Origin: a virus
Lineage: Duplodnaviria > Caudoviricetes
DNA: 50,356 nucleotides
Strand: one strand, 5' to 3'
Virus record (IMG/VR): IMGVR_UViG_3300027861_000043
Span: 1-50,356 of that record
Shown: positions 1-7,702 of the stretch, piece by piece
How positions within the stretch are numbered: position 1 is the stretch's first letter
Layout: every line of letters starts with the position of its first letter
Notes under the pieces: model-generated
What the model saw: the letters and a program-made list of their open reading frames with translations, nothing else
Databases searched by the model: none
Told to the model about the DNA's origin: nothing
Made by a program: the position numbers and the translations under genes

Positions 1-1
1 T

Positions 2-18
2 GGGGCGTAGACTCGCGG
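2..18 (+). other. putative cosN (cohesive-end nicking site), lambda-like
   Basis: GGGGCGTAGACTCGCGG resembles the lambda left end GGGCGGCGACCTCGCGG; at the window edge directly upstream of a Nu1-like TerS and gpA-like TerL. Confidence 0.55.
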
Positions 19-35
19 TCTACACAAACTCAGCG

Positions 36-100
36 TAGGGGGTACAAATCGTACCTCCCTTGACTAACGTGTGACTAGGGGGTACGATTCTTACCCCCTA
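36..100. repeat. cosB-like paired inverted repeats (candidate TerS binding sites)
   Basis: TAGGGGGTAC at 36-45 and 76-85, each followed after 5 bp by an imperfect inverted copy (51-60 GTACCTCCCT, 91-100 TTACCCCCTA); 40-bp period. Confidence 0.6.
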
Positions 101-118
101 CATTAAGAGTTATAGAAA

Positions 119-331
119 ATGCTAATTGCCGGTGGGGAGAATTTAGAAAAAATAAAAATTCTAATCTCCCTTGCACATATCAAAAGTAATGAAATGAATA
201 ATGCCCTCATTGGTTATTACTGCCTTGGTGTGCGAGTGAAAATCGATAAGAGCAATTTCAAAAGATACCGAAAAAAATTAGAATCGGTGAACGACAAGGT
301 TAATCAATTGAAGGAATTAGACAATGAATAA
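119..331 (+). CDS. hypothetical protein (start uncertain)
   Basis: 70-aa ORF whose end overlaps the terS start; C-terminal half looks coiled-coil. Confidence 0.35.
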   Translation: MLIAGGENLEKIKILISLAHIKSNEMNNALIGYYCLGVRVKIDKSNFKRYRKKLESVNDKVNQLKELDNE

Positions 332-881
332 ACCGCCAATCCCACCAGTGCCATCCATACCGAAAAGAGGTGACGGACGAGGGAATAAACCAAGAGGTAA
401 AGGTAAGAAAGTTTCTCAAACTGAGCTGATGGCCTATCTTGGCGTTGCTGATAATTCAATTAAGAAATGGGTGAAACTCGGACTACCGCGACGAAAGGAA
501 AAGAACAGAGTTTATTACGACATCGGCGAAGTAATGAGATGGCGTATAGAGTGGGAAACCGAAGTCCTGAAAGATGAACTGGTTGAAGCTAGTAGAGGCA
601 ACAACGGTGACGCAATGACACCGCTACAAGCCAAACTAAGGAAAGAAGTAGCACAAGCATTAACGGCTGAATTAGACCTCGCAATCAAACGAGAGCAGGT
701 AGCCAACATTGATGACTTAATGGAAGAATTCAGCGAAGCATTAATTGAGGTCCGAGCAAAGTTGGTCAGCATGAGTTCAAGATTGGGCGGCATACTATCT
801 CATCAAGACGAAGAAGGTGTTGCTAAAATTTTAGATGGTGAAGTTTCCGATATGTTAGAGGCGTTGTCAGATTATGAATGA
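324..881 (+). CDS. terS: terminase small subunit (Nu1-like winged HTH)
   Basis: HTH segment VSQTELMAYLGVADNSIKKWVKLGLP..YDIGEVMRW, coiled coil AELDLA..EQV, immediately upstream of TerL. Confidence 0.9.
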   Translation: MNKPPIPPVPSIPKRGDGRGNKPRGKGKKVSQTELMAYLGVADNSIKKWVKLGLPRRKEKNRVYYDIGEVMRWRIEWETEVLKDELVEASRGNNGDAMTPLQAKLRKEVAQALTAELDLAIKREQVANIDDLMEEFSEALIEVRAKLVSMSSRLGGILSHQDEEGVAKILDGEVSDMLEALSDYE

Positions 882-2850
882 AGTAAGTGTGCTTGACACA
901 TCAAAAGAAGCAAAGAAAAAAATAGGCGCTATGATACGAGACATCATGAAAAAATGTCTATCACCACCACCTAAGTTAAATTTAGTTGAGTGGTCTGACA
1001 CGTTCAGATATCTCCCTGATAACTCTGCTGAAGCCGGTCGATGGAAAACCGACAGAGTAGAAGCTGCTCGTCAACCAATGCTCTCAGTGAGCGACCCTGA
1101 AGCACAGGAAGTAACAGTCATGAGTTGCATCCAATTTATGAAAACTGAGTTGATGCTGAACACAGCTTTATTTTATATGCACCAAGAACCATCACCAATA
1201 ATGTATGTCGCTCCAAAGTTAGAAACTGCTGCTGCTTGGTCAAAAGAACGACTGGTTAAATCTGTTCATGCGACTCCGGTCATCTCAGATATTTTTTCTC
1301 ACAACCGGAGAGGTGAAGGTAATACTATCACTCAAAAACAATTTGCCGGTGGACAGATTTCAATTGTGTCTGCTCGAAACCCGACTGACCTCGCAATGAG
1401 AGCGTGTCGAATAATGTTGTTCGATGAGTGCGACAAGTACCCGATTAATGTTGGTGCAGGAGAAGCAGGAAGCGGTGGTGAAGGAGACCCGATTACAGTT
1501 GCTTGGGGTCGTGCTACCACCTATGGTAAACGCGCTAAAAAAATCACAGCTTGCAGTCCTACGGTGGATGGTAAAAGTCGAATACAGCAGGAATATAATA
1601 ACTCAAATATGAGCGTTTATATTCAGCCTTGCCCTCATTGTAATCATAAGAAAGTTTTAACGTGGGTGGACGTATTAATCCCTCGTGACGAAAAGAAAAA
1701 CTTCATTCATAAAGACGCTGCAATTTGCTGTTCTGAATGCGGTGTATTGTGGACCGAAAGTGACCGACATAAATCAATCAGAAATGGTTATTGGGAAGCA
1801 ACGAAACCGGAGGTAACTTGGCATCATGGATATAAGGTTTCTTCGTTAGCATCTCCGTTCACACCCATTGCTGTTTTAGCGAAAGAATTTTCTGACGCTC
1901 AGAATAATCCTGAGAAATTAAAAGCGTTTTATAATACCCGAATGGCTGAAGTTTGGAGGGAGGTTGGTGAACAACCAGATTGGGAAAGACTATATGAACG
2001 ACGAGAGAATTTTGACCCGAAAGTTATACCGGATGGTGGGCTATTAATTACGTGCGGAATTGATGTTCAGAAAGACTTCATGTATTACGAAATTATGGCA
2101 TGGGGAAGGAAGAAGGAAAATTGGTCATTAGCGATTGGGACCATCGACGGAAATATTGAGGAAGAAGAAACCAAAGAACGATTGGCAGAATTCCTTGATA
2201 AATTATTAGTTAATACCAACGGTGTTAATGTGCCAATTATGAAGACTTGCATTGACTCCGGTTATAACACGAATGAGGTGTACAGTTTTTGTAGACAGTA
2301 TGGTTCTGCGACTGTTGTACCGGTAAAAGGTGAGGATAATTTAATGACACCTATCGGTACACCAACACTGGTTGATGTTACCGTATCAGGTAAGCGATTA
2401 TCGCGTGGAATGCAGCTATGGAAAGTTGGTTCTAGCGTGATTAAAGAGCAGATTTATCGATGGTTAAATGCTAAGAAACCAACCGACGAAGACCTGAAAA
2501 ATGGACGCACTTACCCCACTGGATATTGCCATTATCCACAATGGGATGAGGAATATTTCAAGCAATTAACAGCAGAAGTTTATACAAAAAAGACAGATAA
2601 TCGTGGATTTTTTAAATTTATTTGGGAAAAACTTAGAAAAGATAACCATTTTCTTGATTGTAGGGTGTACAACAGAGCTGCAAGTGCTATGCTTCAGATT
2701 GACCGGATGACTGAGGCAAATTGGGTTGAGTTGGAGGAAACTTATTCAGCTAACACTACCACTCCTGAGAAAGAAACAGTGAGAGAAGTCAGACCTGCCG
2801 GTAGGCAGAATATCCGTAAGAAAAGAACCTCAAATTGGATTAAACGATAA
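874..2850 (+). CDS. terL: terminase large subunit (lambda gpA family)
   Basis: Walker A-like SCIQFMKTE, Walker B MLFDECD, GDP..A..R, SPT, CPHC/CSEC zinc site, nuclease GIDVQ, IDSG, DNHFLDCRVY. Confidence 0.95.
   Translation: MNEVSVLDTSKEAKKKIGAMIRDIMKKCLSPPPKLNLVEWSDTFRYLPDNSAEAGRWKTDRVEAARQPMLSVSDPEAQEVTVMSCIQFMKTELMLNTALFYMHQEPSPIMYVAPKLETAAAWSKERLVKSVHATPVISDIFSHNRRGEGNTITQKQFAGGQISIVSARNPTDLAMRACRIMLFDECDKYPINVGAGEAGSGGEGDPITVAWGRATTYGKRAKKITACSPTVDGKSRIQQEYNNSNMSVYIQPCPHCNHKKVLTWVDVLIPRDEKKNFIHKDAAICCSECGVLWTESDRHKSIRNGYWEATKPEVTWHHGYKVSSLASPFTPIAVLAKEFSDAQNNPEKLKAFYNTRMAEVWREVGEQPDWERLYERRENFDPKVIPDGGLLITCGIDVQKDFMYYEIMAWGRKKENWSLAIGTIDGNIEEEETKERLAEFLDKLLVNTNGVNVPIMKTCIDSGYNTNEVYSFCRQYGSATVVPVKGEDNLMTPIGTPTLVDVTVSGKRLSRGMQLWKVGSSVIKEQIYRWLNAKKPTDEDLKNGRTYPTGYCHYPQWDEEYFKQLTAEVYTKKTDNRGFFKFIWEKLRKDNHFLDCRVYNRAASAMLQIDRMTEANWVELEETYSANTTTPEKETVREVRPAGRQNIRKKRTSNWIKR
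1025..1063 (+). repeat. 39-bp exact direct repeat, copy 1 (copy 2 at 38406-38444)
   Basis: CTGCTGAAGCCGGTCGATGGAAAACCGACAGAGTAGAAG in both places; both encode AEAGRWKTDRVE. Confidence 0.95.
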
Positions 2851-3044
2851 TGGCAACCAGACTAGAACTTGAAGAACTTAAATCAGCCTATGCTCGCGGT
2901 GTTTTGAAAGTACGTGAAGGCGATACATGGGTTGAATACAATTCAATGAAGGATATAAGAACTGCAATTTCCGACATTGAAAAAGAGCTATCTAATTCAG
3001 TGCCGAAAGGTAGTCGATTTGTTACCACCTCTAAAGGATATTAA
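2850..3044 (+). CDS. head-tail joining protein (gpW-like)
   Basis: 64 aa between TerL and portal; G..KV..GD..VEY.S..D pattern. Confidence 0.85.
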   Translation: MATRLELEELKSAYARGVLKVREGDTWVEYNSMKDIRTAISDIEKELSNSVPKGSRFVTTSKGY

Positions 3045-3046
3045 TC

Positions 3047-4546
3047 ATGAAAAATCCATTAGATGCTGTCATTAATTTCTTCTCCCCGCAAGCCGGTTTG
3101 ATTCGAGCTAAATCAAGAATGCAATTAGAAAATGCAGAGAGAAGCTATGACATCGCAAGTAAGAGCCGAAGAAACTCAGGTTGGTTTAGACCGGAAACTT
3201 CAGGCGCACAGGAGGCTTCCACAGCGTTCCGATTAGCAGCCAACACAGGACACGAATTAGTTAGAAATAATCCACTAGCCAAGCGAGCAAGAAACGTATG
3301 GGCGAGTAATGTTGTGGGTGGCGGTATTCAGTTGGAAGCAACTGGAATTTCTGATGCTAAATCGAAAAAGTTTAATGAAGCATGGGATGAATGGGCTGAA
3401 TCAACGGACATCGATTTTGAAGGTCATCATACGCTTTATGGGCTTCAGGATTTGTGGATGAAGACGGTTGTTGAAACCGGTGGTGTTTTCATTAGAAATC
3501 ACGTTAATAAAAGTAAGAAATTCCCGCTTCAATTACAGACCATTGAGCAGACATTTTTAGACAACTCTAAGAATGGAATAACAGAGAACGGAACACTGAT
3601 TGACGGTATCGAATATGATGCTCAAGGGCAGGTTCGAGGTTACTGGTTAAAATCCGAAGAAACTCACACGAAATTAGGTAAACCACCTAAGTCTAAATTC
3701 CACAAATCTTCTAAGATGATTCACATTTTTAGAAAAGACCGAGCAGGACAGCATTTAGGTATTACTTGGTTTCATGCAGTCGCTACTACGCTAAGAAATT
3801 ATAATACTTATCAAGATGCAAAATTGATGCAACAACAGATTGCGGCGTGTTTCGCATTGATTGTTGAAGAAGCTGAAACAGGGATGGGAGCGAATACCAC
3901 ATCAAGTGATTTACCCGACGAGATTCAACCGGCGATGGTTGAATATGTTAAGGCCGGTCAGAAAGTAACAACGGTAACTCCCCCTAAAGCTGACAACAGT
4001 AATAATTTTGATATCGCTATTAAAAGGGATATCGCTTCAGGATTAGATTTGACTTACGAGCAGTTGACAGGTGATTACTCGCTTGTCAATTTTGCATCAG
4101 GTCGAATGGGTAAATCAGAATTCTTCAACCAGTTAGATAATGTTCAGAAGAATTTAATGAAACCGGCGCTCGATAAGATTTTCCGATGGTTCTTAGATTT
4201 ATATGGAATCGGTAATGGAGTCAATGGCACATTCAAAGCTGACTGGACATTCCCACCAAGAGCTGCGGTAAATCCCCAAGAAGAATTCGATGTACTGATG
4301 AGCAAAGTTCGTCACGGAATGATGTCACCTACTAAGGCGGCTAAGATTCTCGGTGAGCGATTACCTCATATTATTGAGCAATGGAAAAAGGATAAGAAAT
4401 TATTCGGTGAGCTTCCATTCGACATTGACCCTTCTAAATTTGCTTCGACAGGAAATCAATTAGATGATAATGATGCAGCGAGTGGAAATAAAAAAGAAGA
4501 TTCTAAGAAAGAAGAAACCAAACCTAAAAAGAAAGAGGAAGAATAA
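3047..4546 (+). CDS. portal protein, lambda family
   Basis: LVRNNP, VVG.GI, GIEYD..G...GYW, IH.F...RAGQ..G, YEQLTGDYS.VNFASGR motifs. Confidence 0.95.
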   Translation: MKNPLDAVINFFSPQAGLIRAKSRMQLENAERSYDIASKSRRNSGWFRPETSGAQEASTAFRLAANTGHELVRNNPLAKRARNVWASNVVGGGIQLEATGISDAKSKKFNEAWDEWAESTDIDFEGHHTLYGLQDLWMKTVVETGGVFIRNHVNKSKKFPLQLQTIEQTFLDNSKNGITENGTLIDGIEYDAQGQVRGYWLKSEETHTKLGKPPKSKFHKSSKMIHIFRKDRAGQHLGITWFHAVATTLRNYNTYQDAKLMQQQIAACFALIVEEAETGMGANTTSSDLPDEIQPAMVEYVKAGQKVTTVTPPKADNSNNFDIAIKRDIASGLDLTYEQLTGDYSLVNFASGRMGKSEFFNQLDNVQKNLMKPALDKIFRWFLDLYGIGNGVNGTFKADWTFPPRAAVNPQEEFDVLMSKVRHGMMSPTKAAKILGERLPHIIEQWKKDKKLFGELPFDIDPSKFASTGNQLDDNDAASGNKKEDSKKEETKPKKKEEE

Positions 4547-4547
4547 T

Positions 4548-4976
4548 ATGAGTCGTGCGAAGTATGAGATACGAGGAACAGACAAGCATGGTTCAGGAGC
4601 CTATGGTGCATCAAGAGGTTCGAGAACACATAAAGGTGTAGATTTAATCACACTCAAAGACGAAATGATAGGTTCGTTCTGTTGTGGGGTAGTTACAAAA
4701 ATAGGCTATCCATATAATCCGATTAAACACCCTAATAAGGGTCATTTCCGATATGTTCAGGTGACAGATGTAGATGGGATAGCTGTACGTTCTTTTTATC
4801 TGAATCCACTAGTGGAAGTTGGTGATTTAGTGGAAGTTGGGAGTATAATAGGTCAAAGTCAAGATTTACTTGAAGTTTACGAAGGGATGACGCAACATAT
4901 TCATGTTGAAATAAAAAAGCAGGGTGAGTTTTTAAACCCTGTTGAATATTTGAGAAATAAACAATTTATCAATTAA
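4548..4976 (+). CDS. M23-family zinc peptidase (LECT2-like), probable endolysin
   Basis: HKGVD (HxxxD), HIH (HxH), NP..YL C-terminus; start moved from 4464 to ATG 4548 (GAGGA RBS, follows portal stop); heads the lysis cassette. Confidence 0.85.
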   Translation: MSRAKYEIRGTDKHGSGAYGASRGSRTHKGVDLITLKDEMIGSFCCGVVTKIGYPYNPIKHPNKGHFRYVQVTDVDGIAVRSFYLNPLVEVGDLVEVGSIIGQSQDLLEVYEGMTQHIHVEIKKQGEFLNPVEYLRNKQFIN

Positions 4977-4992
4977 CCGTTAGGAGAATATA

Positions 4993-5094
4993 ATGTTTCA
5001 TAAAATTGCAGGTGGAAACGGTAAGACTAAACCACCTAAAAAAACCGATTCAGCTAAAAACGTGAAGAAAACTAAAAAAACTTCACGAAAATAA
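4993..5094 (+). CDS. 33-aa basic peptide (not in ORF track)
   Basis: AGGAG RBS at 4982-4986; MFHKIAGGNGKTKPPKKTDSAKNVKKTKKTSRK; fills the gap between endolysin and membrane protein genes. Confidence 0.7.
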   Translation: MFHKIAGGNGKTKPPKKTDSAKNVKKTKKTSRK

Positions 5095-5103
5095 TCTCAA
5101 GTT

Positions 5104-5562
5104 ATGATTACAGCAATACTTATAACTTTAATTGGGGTATTATGTTTCACTAGAAGTAGTGAGAACAAGTATTCAATCATGGTTTTTGCCTCACTATGTT
5201 GGGTTTTTCAAGTCATTGGAAAATACATACCTGCTGAACATGGGGCATTTTATTATTTAGGTGCTGGAATAACAGATGTTTTAATAATTAAACTCTTGTG
5301 TAAAGTAAGGAAAGTAACACAATTAATTATAGACATACAAACAATATCCTTAATGTTCGTTTTTATCAATCTAATCGGATGGGTAATTTTTGAAGAAGGA
5401 TATAAATCAACACTTTATGATGCGGCCTGTAGTTCGCTATTTATAGTAACGATATTTGTTATATTAGATAAGGGAAGGAAAAATGAATTGGGAATCACTT
5501 CAGATGATTGCGGTGGGAATTTCTTTCGTCGCAGCAATCATTCAGGCAATTTTGGGCTGTAG
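5104..5562 (+). CDS. multi-pass (about 5 TM) membrane protein in lysis cassette
   Basis: about five hydrophobic segments, polar C-terminal tail. Confidence 0.75.
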   Translation: MITAILITLIGVLCFTRSSENKYSIMVFASLCWVFQVIGKYIPAEHGAFYYLGAGITDVLIIKLLCKVRKVTQLIIDIQTISLMFVFINLIGWVIFEEGYKSTLYDAACSSLFIVTIFVILDKGRKNELGITSDDCGGNFFRRSNHSGNFGL

Positions 5563-5588
5563 AAAAAACAAAATTAGGAGAGAATACG

Positions 5589-5852
5589 ATGAACTCATTG
5601 AAGCAAGTCGCAACAAACCTATTGCAAGAACCGAAAATAGCAGCAGCGGCGGCGACTAGTGTCGCAACAGCAGGTACAGGAGTTGCAACAGAATTAGCAT
5701 GGATTCCAGCAAATATAGGATGGGTGGCAAGCTTAATTGGAGCTATTGCAACAATAATTATTGTGACTCTATCAATTAAGAAGCACAGGTTAGAATATCG
5801 ATTGCTTAAAAATCGTTTAAAAATGCAAGAAAAACAACTTTTAGATGAGTAA
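5589..5852 (+). CDS. holin-like membrane protein
   Basis: AGGAG RBS at 5576-5580 favours ATG 5589; 1-2 TM segments then charged C-tail. Confidence 0.6.
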   Translation: MNSLKQVATNLLQEPKIAAAAATSVATAGTGVATELAWIPANIGWVASLIGAIATIIIVTLSIKKHRLEYRLLKNRLKMQEKQLLDE

Positions 5853-6090
5853 TATGAAAACTTCAATGCATATTAAATTTAAACAATATAGAGTGATATA
5901 TGTTGTTGTTACAGTGTTTTTCCTTTGGTTAGGGTATGATGCTTGGGAGTGGTTTAAAACTAATTCTGGTGGATTATCTCAGGCAGCCGCCGCAGGATTC
6001 ATATCGATTTACTTAGCAGTAATTGGCGCACTGAAATACATTCTTGAAAACCTACGTCAAGACAGTGAACATGATAAGGAAGACTTGTGA
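5845..6090 (+). CDS. holin-like 2-TM protein
   Basis: two TM segments, charged C-tail, directly upstream of spanins. Confidence 0.6.
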   Translation: MSNMKTSMHIKFKQYRVIYVVVTVFFLWLGYDAWEWFKTNSGGLSQAAAAGFISIYLAVIGALKYILENLRQDSEHDKEDL

Positions 6091-6569
6091 TAAGTACTAT
6101 TTTAGAATTTCTAGGGTTGGTTAAAAAGCTTTTTACCGGAGATTATGCCAAATATGGTGTTTATGCAGTTTTTATAATGTCCCTTTTAATAGGGGTGTGG
6201 TGGGTAACAGATAAATATGGCGATATGAAAGCTTTAGCAGTAGAACAAAAGGCACTTATCAATGTGCTGACAACTTCTAATGTTGAAGCGCAATTAGCAT
6301 TATCGAAAGTCATCGAAGAAAGAGATAGTCAGCGTAAATCGTATGATACCGCTCTGGCTAATCGTTCAGTTTTAGAATCAAGACTTGCATCTACAGTGAA
6401 GGAGAAAGACGATGCCCTTAAAGTATTTGAAAAAGAGTGTGGGCGCATCGAACGGCTCATGCAAAAGAAAGCGAGTCTTATTGTTCGCTATGCTAATCGT
6501 GCTACTAACAGGTTGCATGACGACTTCAGAGAAGCCACGCGAAGTGATTCGGACAGTGACAGTAACTGA
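6087..6569 (+). CDS. inner-membrane spanin (Rz-like)
   Basis: N-terminal TM then long coiled coil; overlaps a lipoprotein gene in another frame. Confidence 0.8.
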   Translation: MISTILEFLGLVKKLFTGDYAKYGVYAVFIMSLLIGVWWVTDKYGDMKALAVEQKALINVLTTSNVEAQLALSKVIEERDSQRKSYDTALANRSVLESRLASTVKEKDDALKVFEKECGRIERLMQKKASLIVRYANRATNRLHDDFREATRSDSDSDSN

Positions 6570-6795
6570 GAAGCAAGTCATTGTATGTCCTGATGCTCCT
6601 GAGTTAGTTTCTCCTGTATGGAAAGAAGTCATATTGGTGGTTGCTACTGCTGAAGATGGAATCAAGATATTCGGGCTTACTGAATCTCAATACAGAAATT
6701 TATCCATTAATACGCAGAATTCTTTAAAATCCATCAAAGATAGAAATGCAGTAATTGCATATTACCGTCAATGTATGGCTGACCATAACAAATGA
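6412..6795 (+). CDS. outer-membrane spanin (Rz1-like lipoprotein)
   Basis: basic n-region, hydrophobic h-region, lipobox LLTGC; CPDAP; C-terminal YYRQC; overlaps i-spanin. Confidence 0.8.
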   Translation: MPLKYLKKSVGASNGSCKRKRVLLFAMLIVLLTGCMTTSEKPREVIRTVTVTEKQVIVCPDAPELVSPVWKEVILVVATAEDGIKIFGLTESQYRNLSINTQNSLKSIKDRNAVIAYYRQCMADHNK

Positions 6796-7700
6796 TAAGT
6801 CACCCTAATACTACTTACCTTGTTTTACCTAATGCGGTAAATGACACCATTGATTCTAGGGACTCTTTAGTGTCTTCTGCTTGGCGTGTCGAAAACATAG
6901 TATTAGGTGTTAAATTTAATCTTGGGACCGGAACTAACACCTCTGATGTCGGTTATAACCCTTTCACTAAACGATTTGGATTCATTCGGAATAATTTTGG
7001 AACTGTTTCTGAAATAGCCGAAGCAGATATTGTCAATAGTGTTACTCAACCACCTATCATTAGAACAATAACACTTAATGGAATGTTCGGTGATGACTCA
7101 GAAGGATTGTCTGATGTTTTTCCTAACCTTCTCGAAGGAGGTTATGAGTTTTGGTCATGTATAGAAAACGGTGGAAGAACTTACGGGTATAATTTTCAAA
7201 TAACAGAATCCGAGATGTTCAGCGTTAGTGATATATCACTAACTGCACGTAGACAATTACAATTCGACCAGAATGCGGCTGATACAAACTTAGCAGGAGA
7301 GGGGATAGATTACAGCATAAAAGGTAACGAACTCCTGATGGTTAGAGAAGGTGGTCAACCAACTACTACTAAGAAAGTATATCTTGCATCAAGACCGACC
7401 GATAGAGATACTGATTATTCATATTCAGATGCTGAATTTAATCCGTCGAATCCCTTTGATGGTGAGAATGTAACCGGAGACTTATCTAGTTGTGCATTCC
7501 ATGAAGCTACTGGGCATTTATTGATTTTATCTGATACTGGAAATGCTGTTTATCAATATGACAGAAGTGGCACATTAATCTCCACATTAAGTCTTGGTGG
7601 ATTATTATTTCAACCTGAAGGTATTTGTATGCATGGTGACAACCTAGTAATAATGGGTGAAACCGATGAGTGCGCTTACTGTATTTACGTGGCTCCATAA
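6792..7700 (+). CDS. SdiA-regulated/YjiK-like beta-propeller protein
   Basis: repeated blades with DSEGL, GEGI, DLSS..F...TGHLLILSD, QPEGI motifs. Confidence 0.7.
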   Translation: MISHPNTTYLVLPNAVNDTIDSRDSLVSSAWRVENIVLGVKFNLGTGTNTSDVGYNPFTKRFGFIRNNFGTVSEIAEADIVNSVTQPPIIRTITLNGMFGDDSEGLSDVFPNLLEGGYEFWSCIENGGRTYGYNFQITESEMFSVSDISLTARRQLQFDQNAADTNLAGEGIDYSIKGNELLMVREGGQPTTTKKVYLASRPTDRDTDYSYSDAEFNPSNPFDGENVTGDLSSCAFHEATGHLLILSDTGNAVYQYDRSGTLISTLSLGGLLFQPEGICMHGDNLVIMGETDECAYCIYVAP

Positions 7701-7702
7701 AA

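Noticed and set aside
4464-4547. N-terminal extension of the M23 ORF
   Set aside because: Out-of-frame reading of the portal tail; ATG 4548 has the RBS
5845-5868. holin/antiholin dual-start motif (MSNMKTSM)
   Set aside because: No clear RBS arrangement and no basic residue between the first two Met; too weak
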